Assembly: GCA_963707025.1 (NCBI GenBank)
Contig: CAVPOM010000014.1
Span: 64,001 to 128,000, forward strand
Length of the DNA stretch: 64,000 bases
Reading direction: 5' to 3'
DNA from: an uncultured Verrucomicrobiae bacterium
GTDB lineage: Bacteria; Verrucomicrobiota; Verrucomicrobiia; Limisphaerales; Palsa-1400
Positions 39,667 through 51,539 of this stretch are shown here, piece by piece. Position 1 is the stretch's first letter. Every line of letters begins with the position of its first letter. Under the pieces are notes generated by a model. That model worked only from the letters and a program-made list of their open reading frames with translations, had not been told where the DNA came from and did no database searches. A program made the translations under genes and the position numbers.

Positions 39667-42065
39667 TCAGGCCTTCGTTGCGCCGCCGGCATCGCGGACC
39701 TCCCAACCGCCGCGGCGGATCAGGAGGGTCAGGAGCCGGCGTCGCGGCAGTAGAGGACGCGCGCGCCCACGCGCCGGGCCAGCCGCTCGCGCAATTTCGC
39801 CGTCGCCCGCCGCGTGGCCGGAAGCTCGGAATCGGCGATAATGATCAGCTTGGGCTGGAGCAAATCCAGCAGCGGCTCGTCCCGCACCGGCAGCCCCGCC
39901 AGCACGATCTCCGCGCGCAACTCCGGGTGGCGGCTCATCAGCAGGTTTTGTCCGTCCCGGCCCAGGGCGGAAAGGAGGACAACGGAGTGGCCGTGGATGT
40001 TTCGTTGCAGCACCAGGGAAACTTCGTCCGCCGCCGCAAATTTATCCTCCGCGCCGGGGTAAAGAACCGACCAGCCGTCCAATCCATCGCCCTCCCGCAC
40101 GGTCCGCCAGAGGCCGGGAGTCTGCGCCACTTCCGCCTCGACGCGCCGGTAAGCCGGGGAACGGACGCGGGCCGGGCCGGCGAAAACGGCGGCGGGCGCG
40201 AAATTAGTCAAGACGATTTCCGCGCCGCCGACGCTTTGCTGGTAGCCGGCGGTCAGGCAGAAGTCGTCCAGCCGGTTGACCCCCTGGGCGTGCAGGAAGG
40301 GCTGGACGATCCCTTCCGCCGACTCGGCGTCGCCGCAGTCGGCCAGCAAGTCCCGGTTGGTGCCGGCGCCGGCGGCGAAAAACGCCGGCGCCCCGCGCAG
40401 GGCCAGCACGTCCAGCCGCGCCGCGCCGCGTTGCACTTCGCGGTCCACGACCCAGAGGACGCTGAGGAGAAGCAGGGCGGCCCAAAGCAGCCGCTTGTGT
40501 TTGGCGCGAAAAATCCAGCCGGTGAAAACGGCCAGCAGCACCGCGTAATACCAGACAAACGTCATGGGCCGCGGCGCGGCCACATGGCAATTGCCCGCCG
40601 GCCAGTGGGCGGACCATTGGCTGGCGGCCATGATGCACTTCATCCAAAACCAGCCGGCATGATTGAACAAGACCGCCAGCGCGGGAAACCAGCCGCCGGT
40701 CAGCAGGCTGGCCATGCAGCTCATCAGAGCCAGGCCGGTCAGCGGCACGACCACCATGTTGACCGGCACTCCCACCGGGGTGAAAAGATGAAAATAACAG
40801 GCCGTCAACGGGAGGGAGCCGAGAAAGGCCGCCAGGGACATGACGAACAGGTCAATCCCGCGCCGCCGCAAGGCCTCCCGCCACAATTGCCAACCCGGCC
40901 GCACCTCGTCGGGGACAAATTTGTCCGGTGGAAAAAACCGGGCATAGAGAAACCGCCGCATGGGCAGCGCCAGCACGCCAATGCACAACACTACCAAAAA
41001 GGAAAGTTGAAACCCCGCTTGAAAAAGTTGCTGCGGGTCCCACACCAGGATGATCAAGGCGGCGGCGAAGAGCGAATTGAGCAAATCGCCGGGCCGCTGC
41101 ACCGCCCATCCCCCGATGACGATGCTCATCATGATGGCCGCCCGCACGGCCGAGGCGGGCCATCCCGTCAGCCCCGCATAAAACCAGATCACCGGCAGGA
41201 CCAGCAGCCCGCACAGGGCGCGCGGCAATTGCAGGGCGCGCAACAAGCCGATGCCGATGGCCGCCAGCAAGCCGATGCGCAGTCCATCCACGGTGAAAAT
41301 GTGGAACGTGCCGGCGCGCAGGAACGGGTCTTCCACGCTTTGCGTCAGCGGCGCCCTCCAATCCAGGGCCAGGGTCCACATCAGGCGCAGCGCCTGGTCT
41401 TCCTCCGGCAAACCCAGCGCCAGCGTCCGGCGCGCCCAGCCGCTGAAACGGTCCGAGAGCGGCGCCTCCTCCGCCGGCCCCAAGGCCAGCCAGGCGTTGG
41501 TGGAGCCGGCCTGCAACTGGAAGTAAACCTCCTGGCGCTGATAATAGCGGCGCGGATCAAACAACCCATCCGCCAGCGCACCGCGCAGGGGACGAATGAT
41601 GCCGCTGACTTCCACGCTGCGGCCGTTGAAAAAATTGGAGGCCAAAATTCCCGAAGTGCCCGCGATGACTTTTCCCCAGGCCGGCTGCCAGCGGCTGCCG
41701 CGCCAAATTTCCGCCGCCCGCAGCAGCGTGCCGGTGTGCCAGAATTCCCTGGCGCCGCGCTCGAAAATCCGCGGAGCGGGCGCAGCGCAGATTGTGCCGC
41801 GCAACCTGACTTCTTCCGGGGCCTCTCCGAGCAGGAGCCGCAAATCCCGGGGCGAAACCACCGCCGTGTGCCGTTCCAGGTTGGCCCAACCCGCCAGCAG
41901 CAGGAGCGCGCCCAAAAGGCAAACCCGCCCGGACTTCCATGCCAGCGCCGCCAATCCGGCCCCCAGTCCCGCCGCGAACAACGCCGCCAGCGGCGGATGG
42001 GCCCATGCCCCGAGCGCCAGGCCGCCGGCATAGCACAGCGCCACAGGCAGGAGCGGGCGTTTCAC
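39667..42065 (-). CDS. comEC: DNA uptake channel ComEC/Rec2; probable frameshift near 39733 in the last ~25 codons
   Basis: Competence domain 'FLRAGTFHIFTVDGLRIG', 'SAVRAAIM' and 'GFQLSF'. Adding one C extends 'DAGS*' to 'DAGSLTLLIRRGGWEVR...KA*'. Confidence 0.85.
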
Positions 42066-42070
42066 GGGAA

Positions 42071-42517
42071 TTATTTTTTGCGCCGCAGCCATCGCGCCGC
42101 CCAAAGCGCCGCCAGGCCAAAACCCGCTCCGCAGGTGTCCAGCAGCACATCGCGCACCGCGGCCTCCCGCCCGGGCACAAAACTTTGGTGGAATTCATCC
42201 GACGCGGCGTACAAAGCCGCCAGCAGCAGCGCGGTCAAGTATTCCCTGGGCCGGCAGGCCGCCCAAGCGGGGTCGGAATGGATCAGCCGCCAAAGCAGCA
42301 GACCCAAAATGCTGTATTCCACAAAATGGGCCGTTTTCCGCACCACAAAATGAATTTTTTCGATCATCTCCTCCGACATGTGGGGGTTGAGCCAGAGCAG
42401 GAAAGGCCGGACAAAGCGCGAGGTGTTTTCCGGACGGCCCAGACTGGTGGAGGCGCCAAAAACCAGGGTCATCCAAAGAATTACCGGCAGCCAATACTTG
42501 AAAAAGCGTCCAGACAC
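42071..42517 (-). CDS. VanZ-family membrane protein
   Basis: 'VRKTAHFVEYSILG' and 'YAASDEFHQSFVPGREAAVRDVLLD'. GTG start inferred. Confidence 0.88.
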   Translation of the reverse strand: MSGRFFKYWLPVILWMTLVFGASTSLGRPENTSRFVRPFLLWLNPHMSEEMIEKIHFVVRKTAHFVEYSILGLLLWRLIHSDPAWAACRPREYLTALLLAALYAASDEFHQSFVPGREAAVRDVLLDTCGAGFGLAALWAARWLRRKK

Positions 42518-42728
42518 GGCTGCAAAGAACAGCCGCGTCCCAGCCAAAGCAAGCCCGAAAAAACCGCCCCGGATTGCCGCATAAAAGCTCGCGCAAAAAC
42601 CATTCCCGATCGTAATCCAGGAATATGGCGGAAAAATGCCACAAAAAAGCGGCGGGATTTCCGGGACAATTTCCCATTCCGGGGGGCTTCTTGACACTGC
42701 TACCGGAGTCAGGCGCAAGAAGGCTACA

Positions 42729-42838
42729 GGAGTGCGCCCGTCCTCGGGCGCAGCAGCGTGGGAAACACGGCGCGCCGGTAATCTTCCTGCGCACCCAAAA
42801 AATCCCCGGCTTGCTGCGGCCGGGGACGGCCGCACTCC
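42729..42838. repeat. REP doublet (REPIN-like) with GGAG head
   Basis: 27-bp inverted units GGAGTGCGCCCGTCCTCGGGCGCAGCA and (minus strand) GGAGTGCGGCCGTCCCCGGCCGCAGCA, three mismatches. Confidence 0.85.
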
Positions 42839-42932
42839 GCCAGCAACAGTGTCAAGATGCGCCACGATGCCGGGACATTGCAAAATCAAGTTTGCAAAAG
42901 GCCCTGGCGTCTGGCATCAGTAACATTCCTTT

Positions 42933-44576
42933 ATGCGATTTCTCAAAAATTTGGGGCTGGGATTCGCCATCGTTTTGGCGGGGTGTTCCGACACACCGGG
43001 CAAGGCGGCCGCGGATGACAGCCCCGCCGCCACCTGGCACTTCGCCGGCAGCGCCGACCTGGCAAACAACACTAATTTTGACAACGTAAAAAAAATCCTG
43101 ACTCTCGCGCCGAGCCTTGAATTTCGGAACCTGGCCTTGAGCCGGTTTTCCAGTTGGCTGGGCCGATCCCTCTTCCGGACGACTAATGAGGAGTCCGCCG
43201 CCGCGTTGCGCCCGTTGCTGGAGGATCTTCTTTCCGCTGAATCCGTGTGGGCCGTGGGCGGGGCGTCCAATGGGCCGCTCAATTTCATCGTGGCGTTGCG
43301 TTTGGACGATCAGCGCGCGCAGGCCTGGCCGGCCGCGCTGGCCAAGATGATGGGCGGGCCGGGCCAAAATATCCAGGCGCAGGACTTCACCGTCCGGCAA
43401 TGGAAACTGGGCGGGGGCCAGCCGCTCTGGATGGTGCGCGCCAAAGATTGGCTGCTGGCCGGCAGCGGGGACGGTCTCCGTGCCCTGCAAACGCAATACC
43501 TTCAACAAGTGAGGCAAAAGGGCCGGCCCGGCCCCGCGCTCAACCAAAGCTGGTTGGAAGCGGACTTGGATTGGCCGCGATTGAGTCACTGGTTGCCAGA
43601 TTTTCCCCGTCTTTTCCGACTGGCCCGGACCAAAATCACCTTCACCGCACCGGATGCGTCGTTTTTCATGTCAGCCAAGGTGATCTATCCGAAACCGGTC
43701 GCGTGGAAATACGATCCCTGGCGCATTCCGACCCGGATAATCCGCGATCCATTGCTCAGTTTTACGGCGGGCCAGGACCTCGCCGCCTATATAGACCCTG
43801 GTGAACCTCTTTCCCAATTGACGGATAATCCGTTAACCGGACAGTTTTACGTTTGGGCGTTGAGCGAAATGGGCCTTCAGAGCTATGGCGCCTGGCCGGT
43901 GGCCGACGCGACCAACTCAATCCAGCGGATCGGGACAGAGGCGGTGGCGGCCTTCAATCCCACATTGAAGCAGCGGGGTTGGGGCGACCTGCGCTGGCAA
44001 CCGGAGCGCAAGGCGCTGCTGTGGGCCGATGTGTGCCCGATCCTGTTCCCCCTTTTACAAGTGGCGCCCGAAACCAACGGCCAGTATCTCCTGGCCGCGT
44101 TTTTTCCGCTCGAACTGAGAAACAAGCCCGCTCCAGAGGGGCTGTTCCAACAGATTCTCGGCCGCACCAACCTGGTCTATTACGATTGGGAAGGAACCGG
44201 AAACCGGCTGGAGCAGTGGCGATTGCTCAGCGGAATGCTGCCGGTTCTCCCCCGCATGCAGCCGCCTCCCCGACCGGCCGTTTCCACCAACAATCCGCCC
44301 GCCCGCCCGCGCGCCCGGCCACCCATGGTCGTGGTGGAGAATTGGCTCAGCGGGGTGACGCCCTTGCTGCGGGACCACAACACGGTCACTGAAATCACCC
44401 GCACGGGGCCGGCGGAATTGACGGTGGTGCGCAAATCGCCTTTTGCCGTCAGCTCCCTGGAATTGGTCCTGCTCTCCCACTGGCTCAGCGGCACCGGTTC
44501 GCCGGGGATCAATCCCAGTCTCCTGCCGCCCCCGGCCAAAATGACCGGACCTGGCATCAAACCCAACAGCCCCTGA
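42933..44576 (+). CDS. Hypothetical lipoprotein
   Basis: Lipobox 'VLAGC'; 547-aa Trp-rich ORF with no motif I recognise; 9 bp upstream of pdxJ. Confidence 0.75.
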   Translation: MRFLKNLGLGFAIVLAGCSDTPGKAAADDSPAATWHFAGSADLANNTNFDNVKKILTLAPSLEFRNLALSRFSSWLGRSLFRTTNEESAAALRPLLEDLLSAESVWAVGGASNGPLNFIVALRLDDQRAQAWPAALAKMMGGPGQNIQAQDFTVRQWKLGGGQPLWMVRAKDWLLAGSGDGLRALQTQYLQQVRQKGRPGPALNQSWLEADLDWPRLSHWLPDFPRLFRLARTKITFTAPDASFFMSAKVIYPKPVAWKYDPWRIPTRIIRDPLLSFTAGQDLAAYIDPGEPLSQLTDNPLTGQFYVWALSEMGLQSYGAWPVADATNSIQRIGTEAVAAFNPTLKQRGWGDLRWQPERKALLWADVCPILFPLLQVAPETNGQYLLAAFFPLELRNKPAPEGLFQQILGRTNLVYYDWEGTGNRLEQWRLLSGMLPVLPRMQPPPRPAVSTNNPPARPRARPPMVVVENWLSGVTPLLRDHNTVTEITRTGPAELTVVRKSPFAVSSLELVLLSHWLSGTGSPGINPSLLPPPAKMTGPGIKPNSP

Positions 44577-44585
44577 TTGATTGTC

Positions 44586-45341
44586 ATGCTCAAACTCGGG
44601 GTGAACATTGATCACGTCGCCACCTTGCGCGAGGCGCGCTATGGCGGGCGGGATCGCGGCGAGCCTGACCCCATTGAAGCCGCGCTGATTTGCGAAGCCG
44701 CCGGCGCGCACGGCATCACCGCCCACCTGCGCGAAGACCGCCGGCATATACAGGACCGGGACCTCATCAAACTTCGCCAAGTCGTCAAAACCCGGCTCAA
44801 CCTGGAAATGGCCAACACCCCGGAAATCGTGGCCATCGCCCTGCGGCTCAAGCCGGACATAGTTTGCCTGGTGCCCGAGCGCCGCGCCGAATTGACCACG
44901 GAAGGCGGGCTGGACGTGGCGGCGCATGGGCCGGCGCTGGCGGAAACCCGCCGCAAAATGAACGACGCCGGCATCGAAGTCAGCCTCTTCATCTCCCCGG
45001 TCCCGGCGCAAGTGGCCGCCGCCGCCCAAGTGGGCGCGCAATTCATCGAACTGAACACCGGTTCCTTCGCGGAAAATTTCCATCGCAAATACCAGCGCGC
45101 CCAGGAAGTCGAACACCTGGCGGCCGCGGCCGTGCAGGCCCATGCCCTGGGTTTGCGCGTCAATGCCGGCCACGGCTTGACCTACCAGAATCTGCCCGCC
45201 CTGCTGGCCGCGCCCCATTTGGTGGAATTAAACATCGGCCACAGCATCATCAGCCGGGCCTTGGTCGTCGGCTTGCCCACGGCCGTGCGCGAAATGCTCC
45301 TGGTCATGCAAGACACCACCCGCGGCAGCCTGCCACCTTAA
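44586..45341 (+). CDS. pdxJ: Pyridoxine 5'-phosphate synthase
   Basis: '[12 protein letters not shown]', 'HLREDRRHI', 'TTEGGLD', 'NAGHGL' and 'ELNIGHSI'. Confidence 0.97.
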   Translation: MLKLGVNIDHVATLREARYGGRDRGEPDPIEAALICEAAGAHGITAHLREDRRHIQDRDLIKLRQVVKTRLNLEMANTPEIVAIALRLKPDIVCLVPERRAELTTEGGLDVAAHGPALAETRRKMNDAGIEVSLFISPVPAQVAAAAQVGAQFIELNTGSFAENFHRKYQRAQEVEHLAAAAVQAHALGLRVNAGHGLTYQNLPALLAAPHLVELNIGHSIISRALVVGLPTAVREMLLVMQDTTRGSLPP

Positions 45342-45347
45342 CCCAGA

Positions 45348-45725
45348 GTGATTTTAGGAAGCGGCATAGACATCATTGAAGTGGAGCGCGTTGAAACCGC
45401 CCGGCAAAAGCACGGCGAACGTTTCCTCAGGCGCATTCTGCATCCCGCCGAAACAGACTATTGCCTGTCCCACAAGTTTCCCGGCCCTTTTCTCGCCGCC
45501 CGTTTTGCGGCCAAGGAGGCCATTTCCAAGGCCTTCGGCACCGGCATCGGCGCGCAACTCGGCTGGCAGGACATGGAAATTGCCCGCAAGGACTCCGGCG
45601 AACCCTACGTCATCCTCCACGGCAAAGGCTTGGAATTGCTCGCCCGGCGCGGCGCCCGCTGCGTCCACCTCACCCTCAGCCACACCGAGAAGCACGCCAC
45701 CGCCATGGCTATCCTGGAAGGATGA
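45348..45725 (+). CDS. acpS: Holo-[acyl-carrier-protein] synthase
   Basis: 'GSGIDIIEVER', 'AARFAAKEAISKAFGTG' and 'LTLSH'. Confidence 0.96.
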   Translation: MILGSGIDIIEVERVETARQKHGERFLRRILHPAETDYCLSHKFPGPFLAARFAAKEAISKAFGTGIGAQLGWQDMEIARKDSGEPYVILHGKGLELLARRGARCVHLTLSHTEKHATAMAILEG

Positions 45726-45750
45726 ATGGCCAGTTGCTCCAACTCTCCAT

Positions 45751-46899
45751 ATGAAAACTCGAAAACGGCTCGCACTTTTTCTGCCCTTCCTCGGCTCATT
45801 TCTCCTCGGAGCGGGTGAGCCGCCGCCTTATCTGGTTTACGCCGGCACCTACACCAATGCCAACAGCAAGGGCATTTACGCCTGGCGCATGGACACGGCC
45901 TCTCGATCAGTCTCTCCCCTCGGCCTGGTCGCCGAGACGCCGAACCCAACGTTTCTCGAGATCGCTCCGAATCATCGTTTTCTTTATGCCGTGAATGAAG
46001 TGGACAGTTTCCAGGGCAAACCCGCCGGAGCGGTCAGCGCGTTTTCCGTTGAAGCCGCGACGGGAAAACTCACCTTCTTGAACCAGCAAACTTCTGGCGG
46101 ACGCGGCCCATGCCATCTGACGCTGGATCGTGAGGGCAAAAATGTTCTCGTGGCCAATTACGGCGGCGGAAGCATTGAATGTCTCCCTGTCCAATCCGAC
46201 GGCCGTCTTGGCCCACCGACCGCCTTCCTTCAACACAGCGGCAAGAGCATCAACCCGGCCCGCCAGGAGGGACCGCATGCGCACTGCATGACCTTGGATG
46301 CGGCCAACCACTTCGCCTTCGTTTGCGATCTCGGTCTGGACAAGATAATGAGCTACCGTTTCGATGCGAGCAAGGGGACCTTGGCCCCCAACCAACCGGG
46401 ATTCACCGCCACCAAACCCGGGGCCGGTCCGCGCCACTTGGTCTTTGATCCCAATGGCCGCGAGGCTTACGCCATCAACGAATTGAATTCCACCATCGTC
46501 CGTTACGCCTATGACTCCGCTACCGGCGCCCTGTCCGAAATGCAGACCGTTGCCTTGCTGCCCCAGGGATTCACCGGCGCCAGCACCGCGGCTGAAATCG
46601 CCGTCTATCATTCCGGGAAATTCCTCTACGGTTCCAACCGTGGTGATGACAGCATCGCCGTTTTCAGCGTGGACGCCGCGACCGGGAGCCTGGCCTTCCT
46701 TCAGCGCGTCTCCACCCAGGGAAAAAGTCCGCGAAATTTCGCGATAGACCCCTATGGAAATCTACTTTTCGCCGCCAACCAGAATTCCGGCAACATTGTC
46801 ATTTTCAACATAGACACCGCTACCGGCAAGCTGACCCCGTCCGGCCAAGTGCTGGAGGCCCCATCCCCGGTCTGCGTCAAATTCGTCGTTGTGCAATAA
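45751..46899 (+). CDS. Lactonase-family 7-bladed propeller (6-phosphogluconolactonase-like), with signal peptide
   Basis: 'YAGTYT', 'LYAVNE', 'VANYGGG', 'RQEGPHAH', 'GAGPRH', 'YGSNRG' and 'PRNF'. Confidence 0.9.
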   Translation: MKTRKRLALFLPFLGSFLLGAGEPPPYLVYAGTYTNANSKGIYAWRMDTASRSVSPLGLVAETPNPTFLEIAPNHRFLYAVNEVDSFQGKPAGAVSAFSVEAATGKLTFLNQQTSGGRGPCHLTLDREGKNVLVANYGGGSIECLPVQSDGRLGPPTAFLQHSGKSINPARQEGPHAHCMTLDAANHFAFVCDLGLDKIMSYRFDASKGTLAPNQPGFTATKPGAGPRHLVFDPNGREAYAINELNSTIVRYAYDSATGALSEMQTVALLPQGFTGASTAAEIAVYHSGKFLYGSNRGDDSIAVFSVDAATGSLAFLQRVSTQGKSPRNFAIDPYGNLLFAANQNSGNIVIFNIDTATGKLTPSGQVLEAPSPVCVKFVVVQ

Positions 46900-46952
46900 A
46901 GAGGCTGACCCTGTGGCTGGGGCGGAAGCCCAAAAAAAGACTGGAAAAGGGC

Positions 46953-46981
46953 TTTACACCCGGCCCGGCCAAACTTAAACT
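46953..46981 (+). promoter_or_regulatory. Putative sigma70 promoter of rpsO
   Basis: TTTACA-17 bp-TAAACT, 35 bp upstream of the ATG. Confidence 0.55.
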
Positions 46982-47016
46982 TCCCGCTCAAAACGAAATA
47001 AATTGACCGAACGACT

Positions 47017-47271
47017 ATGGAAAAAGGCAAGACGATTGAAGGGTTCCAGATTCATGAGCGGGACACCGGGTCCGCGGACGTGCAGGTGGCCCTGCTCACC
47101 GAGCGGATCAACCATCTGACCGAGCATCTGCAGAAAAACATCAAGGATCACAGCTCCCGGCGCGGCCTGCTCAAAATGGTCGGCCAGCGCCGCCGTCTTC
47201 TGGATTACCTGCACACCACCGATCTCACCCGATACCAATCCATTACCAAGAAGCTGAAACTCCGCCACTGA
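47017..47271 (+). CDS. rpsO: 30S ribosomal protein S15
   Basis: '[46 protein letters not shown]'. Confidence 0.98.
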   Translation: MEKGKTIEGFQIHERDTGSADVQVALLTERINHLTEHLQKNIKDHSSRRGLLKMVGQRRRLLDYLHTTDLTRYQSITKKLKLRH

Positions 47272-47392
47272 GGTGCCTGGTTTCCCGCTTTCTTCCGGCC
47301 GGGTTATCGCCTTGGACCGAGATGAATCAATTTCATTGCGCCGGCAATCGCGGGCGGCGCAATGCAACATTTACAAACCGCGTCAACAATAT

Positions 47393-47476
47393 CCCGCTGA
47401 CTTGGGAAATTTCAATCAGCGCCCCGGCGGCCCGGCGCGGCCGGGGCCTTGATTGAAGTTCCTCTAAGTCGGCGGG
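47393..47476 (+). promoter_or_regulatory. Long stem-loop in the pnp leader (RNase III-type processing/autoregulation site)
   Basis: cccgctgactt pairs with aagtcggcggg, and atttcaatcag pairs with ttgattgaagt (G-U pairs included); GC-rich apical stem. Confidence 0.7.
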
Positions 47477-47497
47477 TTGGCAGAAATCAGGACTATT

Positions 47498-49630
47498 ATG
47501 TCAGAAAAAGTATCCGCCCAACTCGGGGCCAATCAGATTCACATCGAAACCGGCAAGCTGGCCAAACAAGCCGACGGCGCCGTCACCGTCCAGCTTGGCG
47601 AAACCATCATCCTGGTCGCCGCCGTCGCGGCCATCAAGGCCAAACCCGGCCAGGAATTCTTCCCCCTCACGGTGGATTACCGGGAGAAGGCGGCCGCCTC
47701 CGGCAAATTTCCCGGCGGCTATTTCAAACGCGAAGGCCGCCCCACCGAAAAGGAAATCCTGACCAGCCGCCTGACTGACCGCCCCATCCGCCCTCTCTTT
47801 CCCAAAGGCTGGTTCAACGAAGTCCAGGTCCAGAGCATCCTCCTCAGCGCCGACGGCGAAAACGATTCCGACATCCTCACCATCATCGGCGCTTCCGCCG
47901 CGCTCAGCGTCAGCGATATTCCGTGGGACGGCCCGCTGGGCGCCTTGCGCATCGGTCGCCTCGCCGGCAAATTCGTGGCCAACCCCACCCACTCCCAAAT
48001 GCGCGAGAGCGACCTGGACCTGATCTACGTCGGCGACACCGCCAACGTCGTCATGTTTGAAGGCTCCGCCAAGGAAATTTCCGAGGCCGATTTCATGGCC
48101 GCCCTCAAATTCGGCCACGAATGCTGCCAGCCGCTCATCCAGGCCCAGAAAGATTTGGCCGCGCGCGGCGGCAAGAAAAAGCGCGACATCACCGTCAGCA
48201 TCGTGCCCGACGACATTCTGGCGGAAGCCAAAGCCCTGGCCGGGGAACGGATTGTGCCCGCGCTCCTCACCCAGAAAAAACTGGAACGCGAAGCCGCCGT
48301 CAAAGCCGTGACCGACGACGTTGAGGCCAAGTTCATCGCCAAATTCGGCGCGGAAAAAGTCACCGAATCCGTCCTGCGCGAAGCCTTTTACTACATCCAG
48401 AAAGAAACCGTCCGCGGCTTGATCATGCGCGAGAGCAAGCGCCTGGATGGCCGGGGCTTTGAGGAAGTCCGCCCCATTATTGTGGAGGTCGGCATTCTGC
48501 CGCGCGCGCACGGCTCGGCCGTTTTCACCCGCGGCGAAACGCAGGCCGTCACGCTCGTCACCCTCGGCACCAACGAAGACGCCCAGGAATTCGACTCTTA
48601 CACCGGCGGCGAAACCAGCAAGAAATTCATCCTCCACTACAACTTTCCCAACTACTCGGTGGGTGAAACCGGCCGGATCAGCGGGCCGGGCCGCCGCGAA
48701 ATCGGCCACGGCGCCCTGGCGGAACGCTCCATCGAACCCATGCTCCCCCTGGCCACCTATCCCTACGCCGTCCGCGTCACCAGCGAAATCATGGAATCCA
48801 ACGGGTCCAGTTCCATGGCCACCGTCTGTGGCGCCTCCCTCGCCCTGATGGATGCGGGCGTGCCCTTGACCCGGCCCGTCGCCGGCATCAGCATCGGCAT
48901 TTGCACCGAGCACGACGACCACCACAAGATCACCGCCTACAAACTCCTGACCGACATCATCGGCTGGGAAGACGGCTTTTGCGACATGGATTGCAAAATC
49001 GCCGGCACCGCCAACGGCATCACCGGCTTCCAACTTGATCTCAAACTGCGCGGCCTCCCGCACCATTTGATGGCCGAATCCCTGGAAAAAGCCCGCGTCG
49101 CCCGCCTCCACGTCCTGGCCGAAATGGCCAAGACCATCGCCGCTCCGCGCCCGGAGCTGAGCCAATACGCGCCGCGCATCATCCAGCTCCACATCAACCC
49201 GGAGAAAATCGGCGCTCTGATCGGCCCCGGCGGCAAGAACATCAAACGCCTGGTCGAAGAATCCGGCTGCGAAATCAACATTGACGACGACGGCACCGTC
49301 AACATCTACTCCATTTCCGCCGATGGCATGAACATCGCCCGCAAGGAAATCGAAGGCATGACCGCCGAAGCCGAGATCGGCAAAACCTACCGCGGCAGAG
49401 TCGTGACCATCAAGGAATTCGGCGCCTTCGTCGAATTCCTGCCCGGCAAGGACGGCCTGGTCCACATCAGTGAACTGGCCAACTTCCGTGTCAAGCAAAC
49501 CGAAGACATCGTCAAACTCGGCGATGAAATCTGGGTCAAGTGTCTGGGCGTGGACGAGAAAGGCCGGGTCCGTCTCTCCCGCAAAGCCGCCATGGAAGAC
49601 CGCGAAAAGGAAATATCCGCCAAAACTTGA
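47498..49630 (+). CDS. pnp: Polyribonucleotide nucleotidyltransferase
   Basis: '[11 protein letters not shown]', 'RREIGHG', 'ESNGSSSMA', KH 'IGPGGKNI' and S1 'DGLVHISEL'. Confidence 0.98.
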   Translation: MSEKVSAQLGANQIHIETGKLAKQADGAVTVQLGETIILVAAVAAIKAKPGQEFFPLTVDYREKAAASGKFPGGYFKREGRPTEKEILTSRLTDRPIRPLFPKGWFNEVQVQSILLSADGENDSDILTIIGASAALSVSDIPWDGPLGALRIGRLAGKFVANPTHSQMRESDLDLIYVGDTANVVMFEGSAKEISEADFMAALKFGHECCQPLIQAQKDLAARGGKKKRDITVSIVPDDILAEAKALAGERIVPALLTQKKLEREAAVKAVTDDVEAKFIAKFGAEKVTESVLREAFYYIQKETVRGLIMRESKRLDGRGFEEVRPIIVEVGILPRAHGSAVFTRGETQAVTLVTLGTNEDAQEFDSYTGGETSKKFILHYNFPNYSVGETGRISGPGRREIGHGALAERSIEPMLPLATYPYAVRVTSEIMESNGSSSMATVCGASLALMDAGVPLTRPVAGISIGICTEHDDHHKITAYKLLTDIIGWEDGFCDMDCKIAGTANGITGFQLDLKLRGLPHHLMAESLEKARVARLHVLAEMAKTIAAPRPELSQYAPRIIQLHINPEKIGALIGPGGKNIKRLVEESGCEINIDDDGTVNIYSISADGMNIARKEIEGMTAEAEIGKTYRGRVVTIKEFGAFVEFLPGKDGLVHISELANFRVKQTEDIVKLGDEIWVKCLGVDEKGRVRLSRKAAMEDREKEISAKT

Positions 49631-49648
49631 GCGCGCGCCGCGCTGCCT

Positions 49649-49671
49649 GTAGCGGCGGTCCATGACCGCCG
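49649..49671 (+). repeat. Single GTAG-family REP hairpin
   Basis: GTAG-CGGCGGTC-CAT-GACCGCCG, between the convergent pnp and SDR genes. Confidence 0.7.
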
Positions 49672-49782
49672 GATAAAGCGAAACGCGCCGCGCGGGCCGG
49701 GGTCCTGGCCATCGGACCGATCCGACCGATCGGAGCGATGGGTCCTCTGCGTCCCATTCTTCCCATGCCATCCCCTGCCCTT

Positions 49783-50634
49783 TCACAGTTCCGCGACGGC
49801 GCTGAAGGCGGGCAAGGGAAAGGAAAGCAGCGCCTGCGCCTTGGCGCAATTCAGCGAAACATCCGCCGGACGCGGCGGCCCGGTGTAATCCTTTTGCGAG
49901 CCAACCTCGATGCGCGCCTCCAGTTCCGGATGGCGCGCCGCCACCACCCGCCCGATTTGCACGCGGGACAGCCGTTCGCTTCCGGCCAGATGATACAGGC
50001 CGGCGCAGCCCGGCCGGGCCAGTTCCCAGACCGCCCGGGCCGTCACCGCCGCCGGCAGCGGGCAGCGGAATTCATCGCTAAATAGTTTGACACTCGCGCC
50101 CGCGCGCCAGCGGTTCGCCATCTCCTCGTTGAAGGAGCGCCGCCCCGAAAGGGTGGTCCCGCTGTTCAAGCCCACGCGCAGCACGATGTGCCGCCGGTTG
50201 CGCAGGATGATTTCCTCGGCGGCGGCCTTGGTTTCCGCGTAGCAGTTCAGCGGATTGGGCGGGTCGGACTCCGCGTAGCCGCCCTTGCGTCCGTCAAAAA
50301 CCAGGTCGCTGGAAAAAAAGACGAACCCGCTCTCCGCCGCCAGCGCGGCCAGATGGGCGGCGGCCTCCACGTTCAAGCGCCGGGCGGCGGCGGGATCGGC
50401 CTGGCAATCGGCCGTCCGCGTCAAGGCGGCGCAGTGAATCACCCATTGCGGCCGGTCGGCGCGAAATTTCTTCTCGACGGCGGCGAAGTCGGTCAAATCC
50501 AGGTCCCCATGCCTCAGCGGGATGACGTGAAACTGCGGCGCAAACTTAGTCGCGGCCAGCACCAGATGATGGCCAATCAAACCACCCGCCCCCGTCACCC
50601 AAACCCGTGGCTGGTCCTGTTTCACAATCAGCAT
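49783..50634 (-). CDS. RmlD-like (dTDP-4-dehydrorhamnose reductase-like) SDR
   Basis: 'VTGAGGLIG', 'HCAA', 'SSDLVFDG', YxxxK 'YAETK', 'DEFRCP' and 'RPAD'. Confidence 0.88.
   Translation of the reverse strand: MLIVKQDQPRVWVTGAGGLIGHHLVLAATKFAPQFHVIPLRHGDLDLTDFAAVEKKFRADRPQWVIHCAALTRTADCQADPAAARRLNVEAAAHLAALAAESGFVFFSSDLVFDGRKGGYAESDPPNPLNCYAETKAAAEEIILRNRRHIVLRVGLNSGTTLSGRRSFNEEMANRWRAGASVKLFSDEFRCPLPAAVTARAVWELARPGCAGLYHLAGSERLSRVQIGRVVAARHPELEARIEVGSQKDYTGPPRPADVSLNCAKAQALLSFPLPAFSAVAEL

Positions 50635-51535
<901 letters not shown>

Positions 51536-51539
<4 letters not shown>

Noticed and set aside
39321..42353. 1010-aa plus-strand ORF
   Set aside because: Antisense shadow of comEC in high-GC DNA; Arg/Gly/Pro-rich with no motifs.
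47501..49849. 782-aa minus-strand ORF, and similar long antisense ORFs at 8819-11098, 20382-21992 and 32196-33683
   Set aside because: They are codon-register shadows of well-supported genes on the opposite strand.
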